Below, in pieces: positions 24,301-30,603 of a stretch of 64,000 bases of DNA. Position numbers and translations under genes: made by a program. Below the pieces are notes generated by a model that saw only the letters and a list, made by a program, of their open reading frames with translations, had not been told where the DNA came from and did not search any database. Within the stretch, counting starts at the first letter, position 1. The number at the start of each line of letters is the position of its first letter. The stretch is from a virus: positions 11,226-75,225 of the IMG/VR virus record IMGVR_UViG_3300045988_101878; one strand, 5' to 3'.

Positions 24301-26327
24301 GAGCGAAGGACAAGAGCCAACACTTTGTGGACGTGAAGATAGCAGGAAGAACACACAGATTTGTGGTGCTTGGCAATCCGAGAGCGGCACAGGCTTTGAA
24401 TGGAATGCTGGAGAATGGCAAGGCAAGCCAAAAGTGGTTGCAGACTGTGACACGATGGATGGCTATGGCCTCAACATCGTGGAGTCCGGAGTTTGTAATG
24501 AGAAACATCGTGAGAGACGCGGAATTTGCATCTTCGCATGTGAGGGCAAAGGAAGGTGGAATATATGCTAAGAAATGGGCACGCTATTATGGTGAGCTTA
24601 ATCCGCTGAATGTGTTCTACAATGAGGGCGCAGGAAGATTGAAGAGCATGAAGATGAAAGACTTCAAGAATGGTGTAGGCTTCGGACTGTATGCCCGATA
24701 CAGAGAGGGCACGCTTGGCAACTCGAAGATGGAGCGATACTTCAAGGAGTTCATGGAGAACGGTGGCGAAACAGGTTTTGTTCAGTTGTTCTCGATGCAC
24801 GACATGGAGAAGAGCTACAAGAGTATCGTTGAGAAGGAGTCGGCAAAGGGCGCGAAGAAGGTTATGGTTAATGCTATGGAAGTGCTTAAGAATTTAGGCA
24901 AAAACGTGGAGAGTTTGAATGAGGTGGCTGAGAATATGGCACGCTTCGCCACGTATTGCACTTCAAGGGACTTGGGACGTTCGGCAGCAAGAAGCGCGTA
25001 TGACGCAAAGGAGGTTTCGACAAACTTCAACCGTCATGGTTCGGGCGATGAAATAAAGAGCTTCAAGAACGGAGAAATGAGCGGTTGGCAGAAGACAAAA
25101 CGAAACACATACGGCTTTGTGGCTGGCTACCTAAGAAACTACTCGATGTTCTTCAATGCTGGCATTCAGAGCACGAACCTGCTGTTCAAGAATATCAAAC
25201 GTGCGCCTGTGGGTACCGCTGTTGCTATGACCTCTGCCCCGTTTGCCTTAGCGTTGATTATGGCTGCTGTCAACAATGCTATTATACAGAATGAGGATGA
25301 TAAGGACAGAGGCAACGTGAAGGATCCGTATGGCGAGTTGCCTGACTATATCAGACGAAACAATCTGTGTATATATGTGGGCAATAACAAATTTGTGACT
25401 GTGCCGTTGGCCATTGAGCTGAGAGCGTTCTATAGTCTTGGTGACTTGGCAGCAGGACAGACGTTTGCCAAGAACGTGAAGAGTCAGAGAAACATAGCGA
25501 TGGATGCTGTGGGCTGTATGTCGCAGCTATTCCCGGTAACGGACTTCTTGAATAATCCGAATTATGAAAAGAGCTTGGAAAATGGAGTTGGTATGACTAT
25601 TAAAGGTCTTGCTCCTACTGCTATAGTTCCGTTCATTGAGTGGTGGCTTAACAACGACTGGAAGGGTGCGCCAATAAGACGAACGGGCGATAAGACAGAG
25701 CTTAACCCGGCATGGCAGAACGCCTATAATAATGTTCCGGCAAGACTTGTGGACTTGAACAAGTGGGTGAACGCCAAGACTAACAACATAGCTCCTGGCA
25801 ATCCGGAAATGAAGGGTAACGATGCTCTTGACTGGATTACAGACCCGTCGATGCTTAATCATTTCTATAGCTCGTGGAGTGGCGGAATGGGCACATTCGT
25901 TCAGCGTACTGCAGGCTTGGGTGCAAAGGCAACGACTGGCAAGGCTGACGAGATAGAAGTGGGCGACGTGCCATTCTTGCGCTCACTCTTCTATACTCCA
26001 AGAGAACAGTCGAGCATGGCGAGAACCAAAGCCAAATGGTATAACTACAAGGAGGAAATGGAACAGACTATCGCCAATAACGACAAGCTGAAATCGAAGA
26101 ACGTGCCGACGATGAAGAGGATTGAAAATGCTGCTGTATTAGAGAAGTTCGAAGGTTCGCCTGAGCAAAGAAAGGTGAATATCATCAAGAATGCGGAAAA
26201 GCGAATGAGACACTGGAACACTATGAAAAAGAAGTGGGCCGATGATAAGAAGCAGGTGGACTTTGCGAACCATAATATTGAGATGATAATGCAGGAGGCG
26301 GTGGAGGAATTGGATAGGATTGAATGA
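9390..26327 (+). CDS. giant polyvalent protein (5,645 aa) with zincin-like, N6-adenine MTase and SNF2/Sno-like helicase modules; DarB-like
   Basis: A single 16,938-nt ORF. Motifs found:
- Gly/Ala-rich hydrophobic block, aa ~370-533.
- HESVH, aa 1756-1760.
- QQYSTP, EPSAGNG and NPPF (aa 2507-2510), matching MTase motifs X/I/IV.
- GDMTGIGKGRQ (aa ~2871), LILDESH (aa ~3028) and QMRGRIDRTGQ (aa ~3411), matching helicase motifs I/II/VI.
- HETVGH, aa 4374-4379.
- C-terminal TM segments, nt ~25095-25290. Confidence 0.85.
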   Translation: MAIDRSKLQRMYKLMADNGYTQDYNTFEKKFTGDSNYANRKAVYDLFTKNGADLGGSYEEFMRKLQKPRATKPQQQPKTALGRAQQSVAQQKWGGYGGAVTPMQNDSELVRGLKNADAAQRLQVPVSYAKPGAVKQMVKQTRERQHVVGQNVEQAGRRTMQPLREEEKKNRTPVFDTGNKNLNQYVVNTQGQMERQMMDSGREIAGDHLGDYISYNIRNEFDAAAKRGLEAESALSKASPFASMVAGKAYNDALDPDMLIKNLSKKAESDMANILSDPKVLENIGVKAAAYGVDPEEYVNKIFAPGLQAKIAEEFEKSELSRNMPKSTAEYIIRGVNDSMIGTILSMSMMSKKQRQYAQQGMAMTDNGENPDVNPNMGARVARGTLSFVADAPVFGAAGKAGAAVAGKVFGNGVAQMARVANSSLGGRIARMAGSGMVSQGVTGVLYGSTNAAVQNYSTGDDTSIGNTVKLMTMGGVSEGASWATMGGIGGAVGGSLYNVSGFKRIPAKVFQIAMEGVGMHMGGNVAKMIEGHDTDWLSVEGNLEACANVVALKLTHARLPKRYAKDGKKESYLGMVARNLYNLTVSDRQRTALGGYTFTNEEKEQLFGSANAPRRKEYTYGYDKYDVPLTRSENLIDWALRTKKTTARGKGEESYNGTDAEFVKTAYDEIMADNTIPWDTKAKFSALVMGTVPSARPMMDHIAIERDERGAYVGEYSLYGELLSKNRYKTADEYVSIKYNLGAKKENQRLSNAYGAAQIKDEKAAQETLETVAETFGFTAEQLKAAMDKDPLKRSEEEQNACVALRKAYEGEQFPEGTLHPDQSQTEGKDVVEENNLGTENPNNEAVAEVLNNMNNAEKAFNAALESNDVLKQEYERLAKEGLSEPQIYMELFNSGLTQEQLAPFADYINAKAKAVGMYRGTEQKIAETVQKHVEQWSYKGELNGEKQEGGQMVFVKDNKGRLLIVGAGDVAFDNDGRARESVGDMLSVLDAEKGEMDFVSVKDVKLERTVASEEYAKEYQELLEVKNSEVYAQNEQQKQMENAAGGVTPEGGKPEQPITEQGNAETTVQTGEANKPVRTFADGSPVPMTKDSKGRETAAYSMMTPEQGAEWIEKTFGEDAEAVADGKIERAKKDLSKAEKMDIDMTADDADVLEAKTKKKAAIEAAQKELELYTNIKMAMVEKKVKATMEKENTVGEVDSASRVSDAVREKFEKSKKIPGRRGSITLPDGTKITGQYFYGEVSGLTPSHDPFNDFKQNEGFPVNEDGSSSNSRSYKDKESRLFTEKIGRDFGGQALKNVPVVQDGILLSGNGTTMGKQLAERYGTDGKYYESLSENAEGFGWTPKQIEEAGFKGTVYFVPDKKMPLTSKTFDLFNKQETKSIGNTEQSVKNAKVLDTDEISAIVSEIEGSGSLDAFFNNPTAINSLLKRLIDKGVIGLNEVAGLREGENKLSASGKDFVRNLLLGSVFSEDTIRMMGADAGLKSKALNGIRAVLDNMKLGDYALRGEIDKAVQLVYEARQQGGDVDAYLRTPAMFGENAADRYDPISQAIALALDGKAEDFRDLMMAYNRNAAHYADANQLDVFGDRPTKEEFINEFLKLRNWKNYETRRSENEGNGDVGGTQGSEPETSGGNEQTEGEGVTPTGAGAGSPMDPDRFDRAVEQLKTAKGEERERILDQMEEYVNEFAESNGYDKPVVLRTKKDLADAAKDPDDKFAIENMPDDAHNPGYYEDGKIHIYLEGSRGSKELRETFEHESVHADNDADPSRVEMLISSVNETGEITFEELEKVVETLSNSDRYSYLAEKLDYNDGLRMLADEALAHLVAHAYKNGIDAMSDITKNSTLLYIAKKSFKFRENERQRQERESISGSTEQQRKKVDVQPTQEHSGTVGENNEGKSGVVTDASIGTGIRDNEGEGETINDRRRKEGLAKSGDKTLERKNLDDVSTEENGGALEGDKEGKPENDNGGSPDRDIQAGEEQREVEEKAIFEQRKAEYLKALKEGKTGKELENAKLHYKFSFLDYQNIMGVTDAESLEKLWKRELESAKDSNGIGSEEALAILPKKEEKTFDPIGKAAENYKKDHPLTDEEIRSSDVDDIAKDMAVDYLNGEVTDDLHRAVYESIYEKVKDAKMKNATKQADNKTETTETPNVEASASPIEGMKNAAEKFAKEKEAAVEAMGEVKKPQQKADDAAVEASNKKVNDLWNDLLKAGREDLSASFIGLNARQLEVLPKLVSAMAENAYLRIKRGMHNLEDVVKEMRKEFAPAAQVFKKEDVDAIYEQMMNIRYRDGEQRMSLKEWADYYEKISPKHKEELVGDSKEAEERKIREKKFIDKVNLRLGFGQKINGIVELRKMAEECGLKDVKDTDLQELAETAIVQRARGIASSESTNNTEKFKRIKKLYENQPSLNQRDSERVMKQQYSTPAPYAFLADMYVKAGIEVKSALEPSAGNGMLTIGLPKDAVHVNDIDAQRLANLQRQGFKNVTSQDGTQPFADKDVDVVVTNPPFGSATPRDYDGYTISSLEGQMAINALESMKDNGRAAIIIGGKTEYAKNGSLNPKDKAFLGYLYSHYNVEDVINVDGSLYAKQGTTYPTRIILINGRRFDENAYPPVKDKARAEAVKSYDELYKRINDDILRSGRMDSPVGEGGEDANAKPNRPSVADANEEGVRAGGNGGGEQKPSVRTGGVHDKTAEPVSDNVLGTEGGTKPGENGGLPDGAIGANGAGTEPTSSKEPTTGTNKQRGNEPGGNGRPNTQPNADETTDAGNGGRPRGQLERVDKPVRGLSAEKVAYTPRSENPFTLKAVMPADQQEAVNKNLEKLGDADQFLVDELGYNDKADLYAHLAAEQVDSVALALQQAKKGNAFIIGDMTGIGKGRQAASLIRYAKNQGQVPVYFTKTAGLLSDVYRDLVDIGSKELRPFVFGSAKEAAITDADGNVVFALPSKNEVKRVLDYIEKNGELPKEYDYVLTTYSQVSNGVYEFDENGNRKERKLAKGKKFGAAAISGQARRDAIEKLMKNGYLILDESHTAGGDSGQGNYFQHIIQKAKNVTFFSATFAKRPDNMPIYALRTAMNQGGMKASDLIDAVKRGGATLQEIMSQALTQCGQMIRRERDMTGVTIDWKAIDDPEVVAEQREQYDSIIGLFNDIINFQRTYVSAYVDRRNEELAEVQSSMGIKRGTEALGIKNQPFASKAFNTVQQVLLSLKAKSAAERAIDYLKQGMKPVIALNNTNESQTGNLALGEEMDAPDLGTSLKKGLEGTLRYTSKNAKDESESGYINLKDLGADAVEAYHALEEKIRKTSTGLSLSPIDVIKNELTKAGYKVGELTGRQTEFVYNENGTVTKVKRADTDKKKLAREFNDGQIDALILNKSAATGISLHASSKYADQRKRVMIVAQQQLDVNDEVQMRGRIDRTGQVARGAYEYVVSLIPAEQRLLMMFKAKLKSLDANTTSSQKSKFNEMEVADITNKYGDKVVKEYMAEHLDLYARMADPFGWEKSYGADLSTVDPQKLVSSSDGMNSEAGGDANKLLGRMALLKVKEQEKMLQEIGDLYAAEIQRLNEMGENDLEITELPLKAKTLDRIIWKEGTEPGGDNAFADNTYIEKVNMAVLKKPMKAEEVKKAQDGLTGGKSWDEYRKEKLTAAKEYFDKKIAEATQKYEERAVKAATKVKEKYIKEAKKGQKETGVSDEQIEKTAGYQYENAYNDEKTKLDEVVKNLKAKYGVFERALETFNTEDAFVLPTDMNNPAELSGFGNSYGRLIDIKITDNFSPNASTISFATLDGRRKITFPINGKAGLGIDKVDVIEIIDRQTRQASSLGDKNLRVLSMDASNWDKLTSNESRKDGYIITGNLLQGLIDTKAEFLGAQLVKYTTDTGEVKTGILLSGNVKLKNLANEKPINSVAEKFELPSNKGGITEVTSSDGDVKIEQSSVYTREESNYNIRVPKSNKKGGKYFLDKELLQMVVGGNFETRGNTMFAQIKTGKLKDVLDRLSELGVKVKEESKVHYRMELGNTFSDSKEHFDAVRDRAVEEKGIVMPNLNKEKVKVVEVEKSPFGDNIETSLKNAREWAKENLVTTGKTEMPIMRDGTSYTISKRAVEKYLSESAVRKSENLDIHLSVLPKLTDVVHESIEAEIHPDYKKGEDGIRGIENGYGEGILVHRLYGAVELDGKMYRVKTTMQEFRGGEENKPHSYEVTKIELLDSPGKRENPDRPPLVSSNNSKNITSEGSEKANESDSLPLNSATNGYISTAKLLQGVEKSYDSGKKLLDESKDLTDGETFFRKEGDGVVTPEKTSNAMSERIIKTVEKVAKRTGGKVKMVNSVEEIENPKVRKDIENGKQVTGWYDEKTGEVHLYMPNIHDTYTAEKTVWHETVGHKGMRGLLGDKFDSYMRDLWMDLDNPINAELRAYVKEKMNMNHLGFYDAIEEFIAKSAEDGKGEPGFWNYIKNKVTDALHEIGYRVSPNVKDVKYMLWLAKNVQKHGDSPLWKLRAEAVRWKIEHEKTEYTKIEGGELYDNDGKSHDFESMSREEWLEATDGEIHYRTTPSAATALDRYHHALDRHSYMATEAFMDNMLSLKKLMEAIDPSIRKIEDVASSMNPYLMQNITEGKMSDKSKLFEIRYMDPLSKAMSSVLDSFDGKKVEDRIRNFNLYMIRKHGLERNRVLFVRDKIREERKVKSEESNSIDALETAWKGEKYDLRKKLDSGQIDLKEYYRQMDEWIVTNLDKDFKAEEHDYSGMHGLQGIADKKAAYDDAGAIDEVMSQEASMESMKKGSVADFWKKVKAATDYSVNSDYESGLISQITHDGVLGMFDWYVPLRKFDEATAEDVYGYVTEMGDPSNYIGTTLMNAKGRKSLSNVEILAQIGLMGNRAIRNGGQNTIKQAFARFVRNSGEQNLVKETKVWVEKIGTDRNGNDIWEEAYPKIPEGAEADEVAEIVDAFETDMRAKQAKGEAKSLSNSTDIGFKFQRAKDKSQHFVDVKIAGRTHRFVVLGNPRAAQALNGMLENGKASQKWLQTVTRWMAMASTSWSPEFVMRNIVRDAEFASSHVRAKEGGIYAKKWARYYGELNPLNVFYNEGAGRLKSMKMKDFKNGVGFGLYARYREGTLGNSKMERYFKEFMENGGETGFVQLFSMHDMEKSYKSIVEKESAKGAKKVMVNAMEVLKNLGKNVESLNEVAENMARFATYCTSRDLGRSAARSAYDAKEVSTNFNRHGSGDEIKSFKNGEMSGWQKTKRNTYGFVAGYLRNYSMFFNAGIQSTNLLFKNIKRAPVGTAVAMTSAPFALALIMAAVNNAIIQNEDDKDRGNVKDPYGELPDYIRRNNLCIYVGNNKFVTVPLAIELRAFYSLGDLAAGQTFAKNVKSQRNIAMDAVGCMSQLFPVTDFLNNPNYEKSLENGVGMTIKGLAPTAIVPFIEWWLNNDWKGAPIRRTGDKTELNPAWQNAYNNVPARLVDLNKWVNAKTNNIAPGNPEMKGNDALDWITDPSMLNHFYSSWSGGMGTFVQRTAGLGAKATTGKADEIEVGDVPFLRSLFYTPREQSSMARTKAKWYNYKEEMEQTIANNDKLKSKNVPTMKRIENAAVLEKFEGSPEQRKVNIIKNAEKRMRHWNTMKKKWADDKKQVDFANHNIEMIMQEAVEELDRIE
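14965..15156 (+). CDS. nested +1-frame ORF, Arc/MetJ-like ribbon-helix-helix candidate (copy 1)
   Basis: 63 aa. SGRKSMFSLHKSTVELWEKIMKENPELSQMQALGQAF fits the strand-helix-helix pattern. An A/T-rich stretch lies upstream of the ATG. The TAA is immediately followed by the next ATG. The ORF lies inside the giant gene. Confidence 0.4.
   Translation: MKDSDKNENQLVEVLSNSGRKSMFSLHKSTVELWEKIMKENPELSQMQALGQAFVIMKEKEKQ
15157..15345 (+). CDS. nested +1-frame ORF, Arc/MetJ-like ribbon-helix-helix candidate (copy 2)
   Basis: 62 aa. SGRISMMYLPKKTVEHWREIRKANPKMTMEEALIETFKQE aligns by eye with P22 Arc (FNLRWPREVLDLVRKVAEENGRSVNSEIYQRVMESFKKE). Paralogous to copy 1. Confidence 0.4.
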   Translation: MTEEEKKDLQRVEIRHSSGRISMMYLPKKTVEHWREIRKANPKMTMEEALIETFKQEKNSEK

Positions 26328-26336
26328 TATGAAAAA

Positions 26337-26370
26337 GTGGCGAACTTTAACGGTTCGCCACTTTTATTTG
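26337..26370. terminator. bidirectional intrinsic terminator between convergent operons
   Basis: GTGGCGAAC (26337-26345) pairs with GTTCGCCAC (26353-26361). An A-run lies upstream and TTTTATTT downstream. Confidence 0.7.
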
Positions 26371-26392
26371 TAAATCTATTATGTTTATCTCT

Positions 26393-27259
26393 TTACACAA
26401 ACAGAGCATCTATATCTTCATTGCTCATCACTTCTATGTTCTCACTGCCATCGATTGGCTTCAATACTGAGGCAGTATCATCCCACACATAGGCCTTATT
26501 GTCACAAAGATAAACCTTGTTCTTCTTTGGTGTACGACCCTCTGAAGTAAAATTACCAAAAGCCTCAGCGCCACTCCAGTTGCCATAATATTTTCCTGAG
26601 CTTACTGCAACGAAGGTCTTTGTCACGTTCAAAAACACAATTTGATAACTACTACCTGTAAAACTTTGATTGTTTATAGTTGGCTTCATAAGCACGGTAC
26701 TTATAGAGTCAAAATTGGCTACATCACTGAAATCGCCATTATTCACTCTTTCCACAACCCTGTCATACAGAGTTGTGTCCACCTCTGGCTTATATTCACC
26801 AAGCTTCTCCCATTTAGATGCGTCATAGGCAGCACTTGTATTTCCAGTGTAAATATACTCTGCATACAAGTTCTGTTCCTCAGTATCATCACCCTCAATC
26901 AGCATCAGGTATATTTTATTCTTGTTGATGCCACTTGTTGGCAGGGCTGTCACAATCTGGAACAGGGTGGTGTCCAGATTGTTCGGGTCAACAACCCTTG
27001 TCCATCCACTTGCTCCCTTACGGTTGGCCCAGTTGGTCAGTCGGTACTTGCCAACACCCTTCACATACCATTCTTGACCCAATGCCAACGCTGTGTCCGT
27101 CTCCTCTGGGTTAAGCAACTGCCAATCAAACAGTGCATACAGAGCTGTCAAGCTCGCCACCACTCTATGACCACCTAAATGTCTTGAGTCACCCAATGCG
27201 AAACCAGTTGCTGACACGTTACTTGGTGTCAGCGTATTTGCTTGTTTTAATGATGCCAT
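26393..27259 (-). CDS. hypothetical virion/tail-fibre-region protein
   Basis: 288-aa ORF, the last gene of the minus-strand virion operon. Convergent with the giant gene across a bidirectional terminator. Confidence 0.5.
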   Translation of the reverse strand: MASLKQANTLTPSNVSATGFALGDSRHLGGHRVVASLTALYALFDWQLLNPEETDTALALGQEWYVKGVGKYRLTNWANRKGASGWTRVVDPNNLDTTLFQIVTALPTSGINKNKIYLMLIEGDDTEEQNLYAEYIYTGNTSAAYDASKWEKLGEYKPEVDTTLYDRVVERVNNGDFSDVANFDSISTVLMKPTINNQSFTGSSYQIVFLNVTKTFVAVSSGKYYGNWSGAEAFGNFTSEGRTPKKNKVYLCDNKAYVWDDTASVLKPIDGSENIEVMSNEDIDALFV

Positions 27260-27290
27260 ATCTTATTTCTTTTTTTAGTTCAACATAATT

Positions 27291-28457
27291 TTAAGCAATC
27301 TCCAGGAACGAGTTGTTCTTCAGCGCACCTGGTTTGTCGGTTCTGTACACATAATAATCGATAGCCACACCTGCTGCATTTGTCACGCTCACTTCACTCT
27401 TCACGAAGCCACCGTCCAGCAATGGTGTTGCGCCGTTCTGCACAATCTTCGACAACTCACCCATAGCCTTCGGATAAGCTATCACGTAATACTGTGAGTC
27501 AGTAGCTGATATACCAGTTAGTTTTGCTACCTTGGTGTTGTTCAGATCCGTGCCACTCAGCGCCTTCACCACAGCAGCTGTCACTGTCTTCTCAGTAGTC
27601 AATCCCCAGTATCTTCTATGTAGGAATCTCACCTTAGCAGTGGCAGTCTTTGTGTCGTTGCCATTGGCCAGTACCACGCTGCTGCCACTTACCATCAGTC
27701 CTGTCTTTGCTGCCGCCAAGGTTGCGCTAATGGTTGTGTCAGTCTTCAGTCCCGTAGCTGTATACACCACTGATGCCACGCCTGACGCTGGCAGTGTGGT
27801 CCAGTTACCACTTACACTCTCTGGTTTCTTCTTGCCCGATGCAGTCTTCCACGAGAAGGTGCCTGTCCAGTCCACCATAAAACCATTCTCCACATCAAGA
27901 CTGTTGTTTGTTGATGTGCTGCTCTGTGTGCCACTCGCTGTCTTCACGGTGAATGTGCCACTGATAGTTGGTGTCACAAGCTCCTTGTTCTCGTTAGCCA
28001 TCTTGCTTACTGTCTTAACCGCTTCGAGCACATAGTCGTCAGCTCCAGGTCTCCATTCAGACCAAGTACCTTTTACAATGCCAGATTCTGTTGAAGCCAT
28101 TGCATGGTTGTAGAAGCGATAATACTGGTACATCTTACCATCATGATGTGCTGATGATGCGTTTATTTTGCCTTCTGCCGTTGGCACCATGTTTGTCACA
28201 AGCACCTGCGTCACCTGGTGTCCCATGTTGTCACTGAACATATACATCTGGCCCACTGAGTAAGTTTTGGTGTTTAGTGTCTGCACAACCTTGTATCTCG
28301 TTGGCAGATTACCCTTTATAAATTCCTCAATCTTGCCGCTGAAGTCAATGTCAGCAATGTCCACACTCGCTGCCTCGCCGCCATGCTTGGCTATATACGT
28401 CTTCATGTTGTCCGTATACCGCTTTAGACCTTCCTTGTCAAGAAAAATTTTCTTCAT
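27291..28457 (-). CDS. tail-fibre-like protein sharing an N-terminal domain with 32205..32762
   Basis: 388 aa. Its N-terminal ~150 aa are paralogous to the 185-aa ORF (shared FSD.MGHQ.T.VL.TN ... GK.Y.YYRFYN ... KGTWS.W). The C-terminal half is T/S/A/V-rich and beta-strand-like. Confidence 0.55.
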   Translation of the reverse strand: MKKIFLDKEGLKRYTDNMKTYIAKHGGEAASVDIADIDFSGKIEEFIKGNLPTRYKVVQTLNTKTYSVGQMYMFSDNMGHQVTQVLVTNMVPTAEGKINASSAHHDGKMYQYYRFYNHAMASTESGIVKGTWSEWRPGADDYVLEAVKTVSKMANENKELVTPTISGTFTVKTASGTQSSTSTNNSLDVENGFMVDWTGTFSWKTASGKKKPESVSGNWTTLPASGVASVVYTATGLKTDTTISATLAAAKTGLMVSGSSVVLANGNDTKTATAKVRFLHRRYWGLTTEKTVTAAVVKALSGTDLNNTKVAKLTGISATDSQYYVIAYPKAMGELSKIVQNGATPLLDGGFVKSEVSVTNAAGVAIDYYVYRTDKPGALKNNSFLEIA

Positions 28458-28611
28458 AACTTTTGTTTTTGTTTAAAATTACTAAAATAAATTATTAAAT
28501 GTACTTTTATTACTAAACCCTTGTTAAAGTCAAATATGTTGAAACTTTGTAATACAGTTTCTCAATTTGTTTTATGTTACCTTGTTTTTTTCTATGTTGA
28601 TTATCATTGTT

Positions 28612-30603
28612 TTATTTCGGCAAATTGCCATTCCACTTGCTGTTCAGATAATTAATTATCTTCTGCCACTCCTCTTTGTCTATCTTGGCATCATTCATTC
28701 TAAGTGCCAGATTTGGCTCAAAAACTTTGAATCCTATAGCTTCTGTCAAACTTGTGTTGGCTATTCTATAGTCCTTGTTCTCATAATCCACAAAGGGATT
28801 GCCTATCTTTGGATCTCTGTCCCAAGTAACAATAATATCTGTTCCGTCTGACTGATACCATAGGTTATTTGCAATAAGGGTGGGGTTGGCTATAGGGGCA
28901 TTGTTGAATATGAAAATATTAGTTGTCACATAGCCCAATGTTCTTGTTGATACGGAAACAAAATCATCCACAAAAATGTTGTTTCTGATATTTACATTCT
29001 TTATATTTCTGTTAAAACGATAGAACTTGCTGCAATGGAAAAACAGGTTGTTCTCTACAGTTATGTTTGCGCTTGACTCATCGCAGAAGATACCATCAAG
29101 TTTTTCTGAAGAATCAACATCCCCATACACATTGGTGATAATGTTATTTCTTATCACCAAGCCATTGCTATTGCCAAGATTGTAGAATGCGCCACCATCA
29201 AAAAGAGCCTGAACACCAACGCCTATTAGGTCGAGCAGATTGTTCTCTATAACTCCATTTTTGTTTGCGTTAACCTCTGATGTCCACGTATAGCCAGTTG
29301 TTATGCCAGTATAGTATGTGTCACATATAACGTTATGGCTTATCCTGTAATTGCTTCCATAAAACACTGTCACACCACATGCTCCTGCATATATTCTGGC
29401 AGGACTAACTATCACATTGTTGTCGAACAATACATTGTCTGGACATACTGTTGGTATTGTCTTCTTGAAATCCAATGGCACATAACCAATGGCTATTGAC
29501 GAACAGCCCAACTCCCTGAAGTTGTTGTTGCTTATAATGCAGTCATGCGCATTGTTCAGCAGCTTTATGGCATGGTTGGTTGTATGGTCAAACGTACAGT
29601 TCATGATTTTGCTCACACCGTTTATCTCAATAGCTCCATTGAATCTTGCACAGGCCTGTCTGCCACTGTAGCCACAATGCTCACCCTCATAGCAAGTATT
29701 GTCAAACACATGGTTTGAATGACAAATGTTCACGTTGTATATGTTGCATTCTCCGCTTGCGCTTATAAGCACTTCTGTTCGTGGTATTTCTATATCACAG
29801 TTTACGTCGTCATCATCTGTCAACTTATAATGCAGATAACCGTCATTCACATAATATGTTCCTTTCTGCCATGTGTCTTTATTTCCGAACATTTTACACG
29901 CCGGGATATTGAAGTTTTCGAATATCACACGTAATGGTTTGTTCATATTGTGTAACACATTGCCGCCCTCTGTTCCCACTTTCTGCACACACACAAGGTC
30001 GCCAGTATCGGTGTTGATAGATTGTATCCTGCATTTGTAGGACATCCATCTGAAAAGTATTGTTATCCAACCATCCTTATATCCGGCATCGGCTATTTTC
30101 TGTGCATCCGCTTTATATGTTCTTACAGTCGTTGTCATGGTGTCTGCCTCTGTGTCCATAGCACTTGTGCAAGTAGCCTTAAAGAGGCCAATTCTATCTG
30201 TAGACGCAGGATAACGAACCTTGCCATCCACAAAAATCCATTGCGGACACACTTCTCCTACATATATCATTACCTCGTTGGTACAATTACGGTTGTATTT
30301 GCTGCACAGCATACTGCCACGAATAGAACTGCCTGCATTGCCTATTATGCTGATGCTTTTACCAGATGCAACGGTTAGGGTTTTCTCAGGTCGAAACACA
30401 CCATCTATCACAATGTCTGTACTAACACCATCCCCACAGGCATCTATAGCACTCTGAATATCATTGAATGGCTTGCCGAATGTGCCATCACCGTTATTCG
30501 CTGCACTTGCATTTGCATATAGGGTTTTAGTTGCTTCCTTAAATATTTGTTCTAATGGATACAACCGTTCATCGCCATGTATTTTTAGATATTTATTACC
30601 CAT
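28612..30603 (-). CDS. right-handed beta-helix (pectate-lyase-fold) tailspike / polysaccharide depolymerase candidate
   Basis: 663 aa. Repeated N-rich turns typical of parallel beta-helix coils: NNNFRELGCSSIAIGY, NNVIVSPARIYAG, ISHNVICDTYYTGITTGY, IENNLLDLIGVG, IRNNIITNVYG, VENNLFFHC, IRNNIFVDD. Confidence 0.7.
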   Translation of the reverse strand: MGNKYLKIHGDERLYPLEQIFKEATKTLYANASAANNGDGTFGKPFNDIQSAIDACGDGVSTDIVIDGVFRPEKTLTVASGKSISIIGNAGSSIRGSMLCSKYNRNCTNEVMIYVGEVCPQWIFVDGKVRYPASTDRIGLFKATCTSAMDTEADTMTTTVRTYKADAQKIADAGYKDGWITILFRWMSYKCRIQSINTDTGDLVCVQKVGTEGGNVLHNMNKPLRVIFENFNIPACKMFGNKDTWQKGTYYVNDGYLHYKLTDDDDVNCDIEIPRTEVLISASGECNIYNVNICHSNHVFDNTCYEGEHCGYSGRQACARFNGAIEINGVSKIMNCTFDHTTNHAIKLLNNAHDCIISNNNFRELGCSSIAIGYVPLDFKKTIPTVCPDNVLFDNNVIVSPARIYAGACGVTVFYGSNYRISHNVICDTYYTGITTGYTWTSEVNANKNGVIENNLLDLIGVGVQALFDGGAFYNLGNSNGLVIRNNIITNVYGDVDSSEKLDGIFCDESSANITVENNLFFHCSKFYRFNRNIKNVNIRNNIFVDDFVSVSTRTLGYVTTNIFIFNNAPIANPTLIANNLWYQSDGTDIIVTWDRDPKIGNPFVDYENKDYRIANTSLTEAIGFKVFEPNLALRMNDAKIDKEEWQKIINYLNSKWNGNLPK

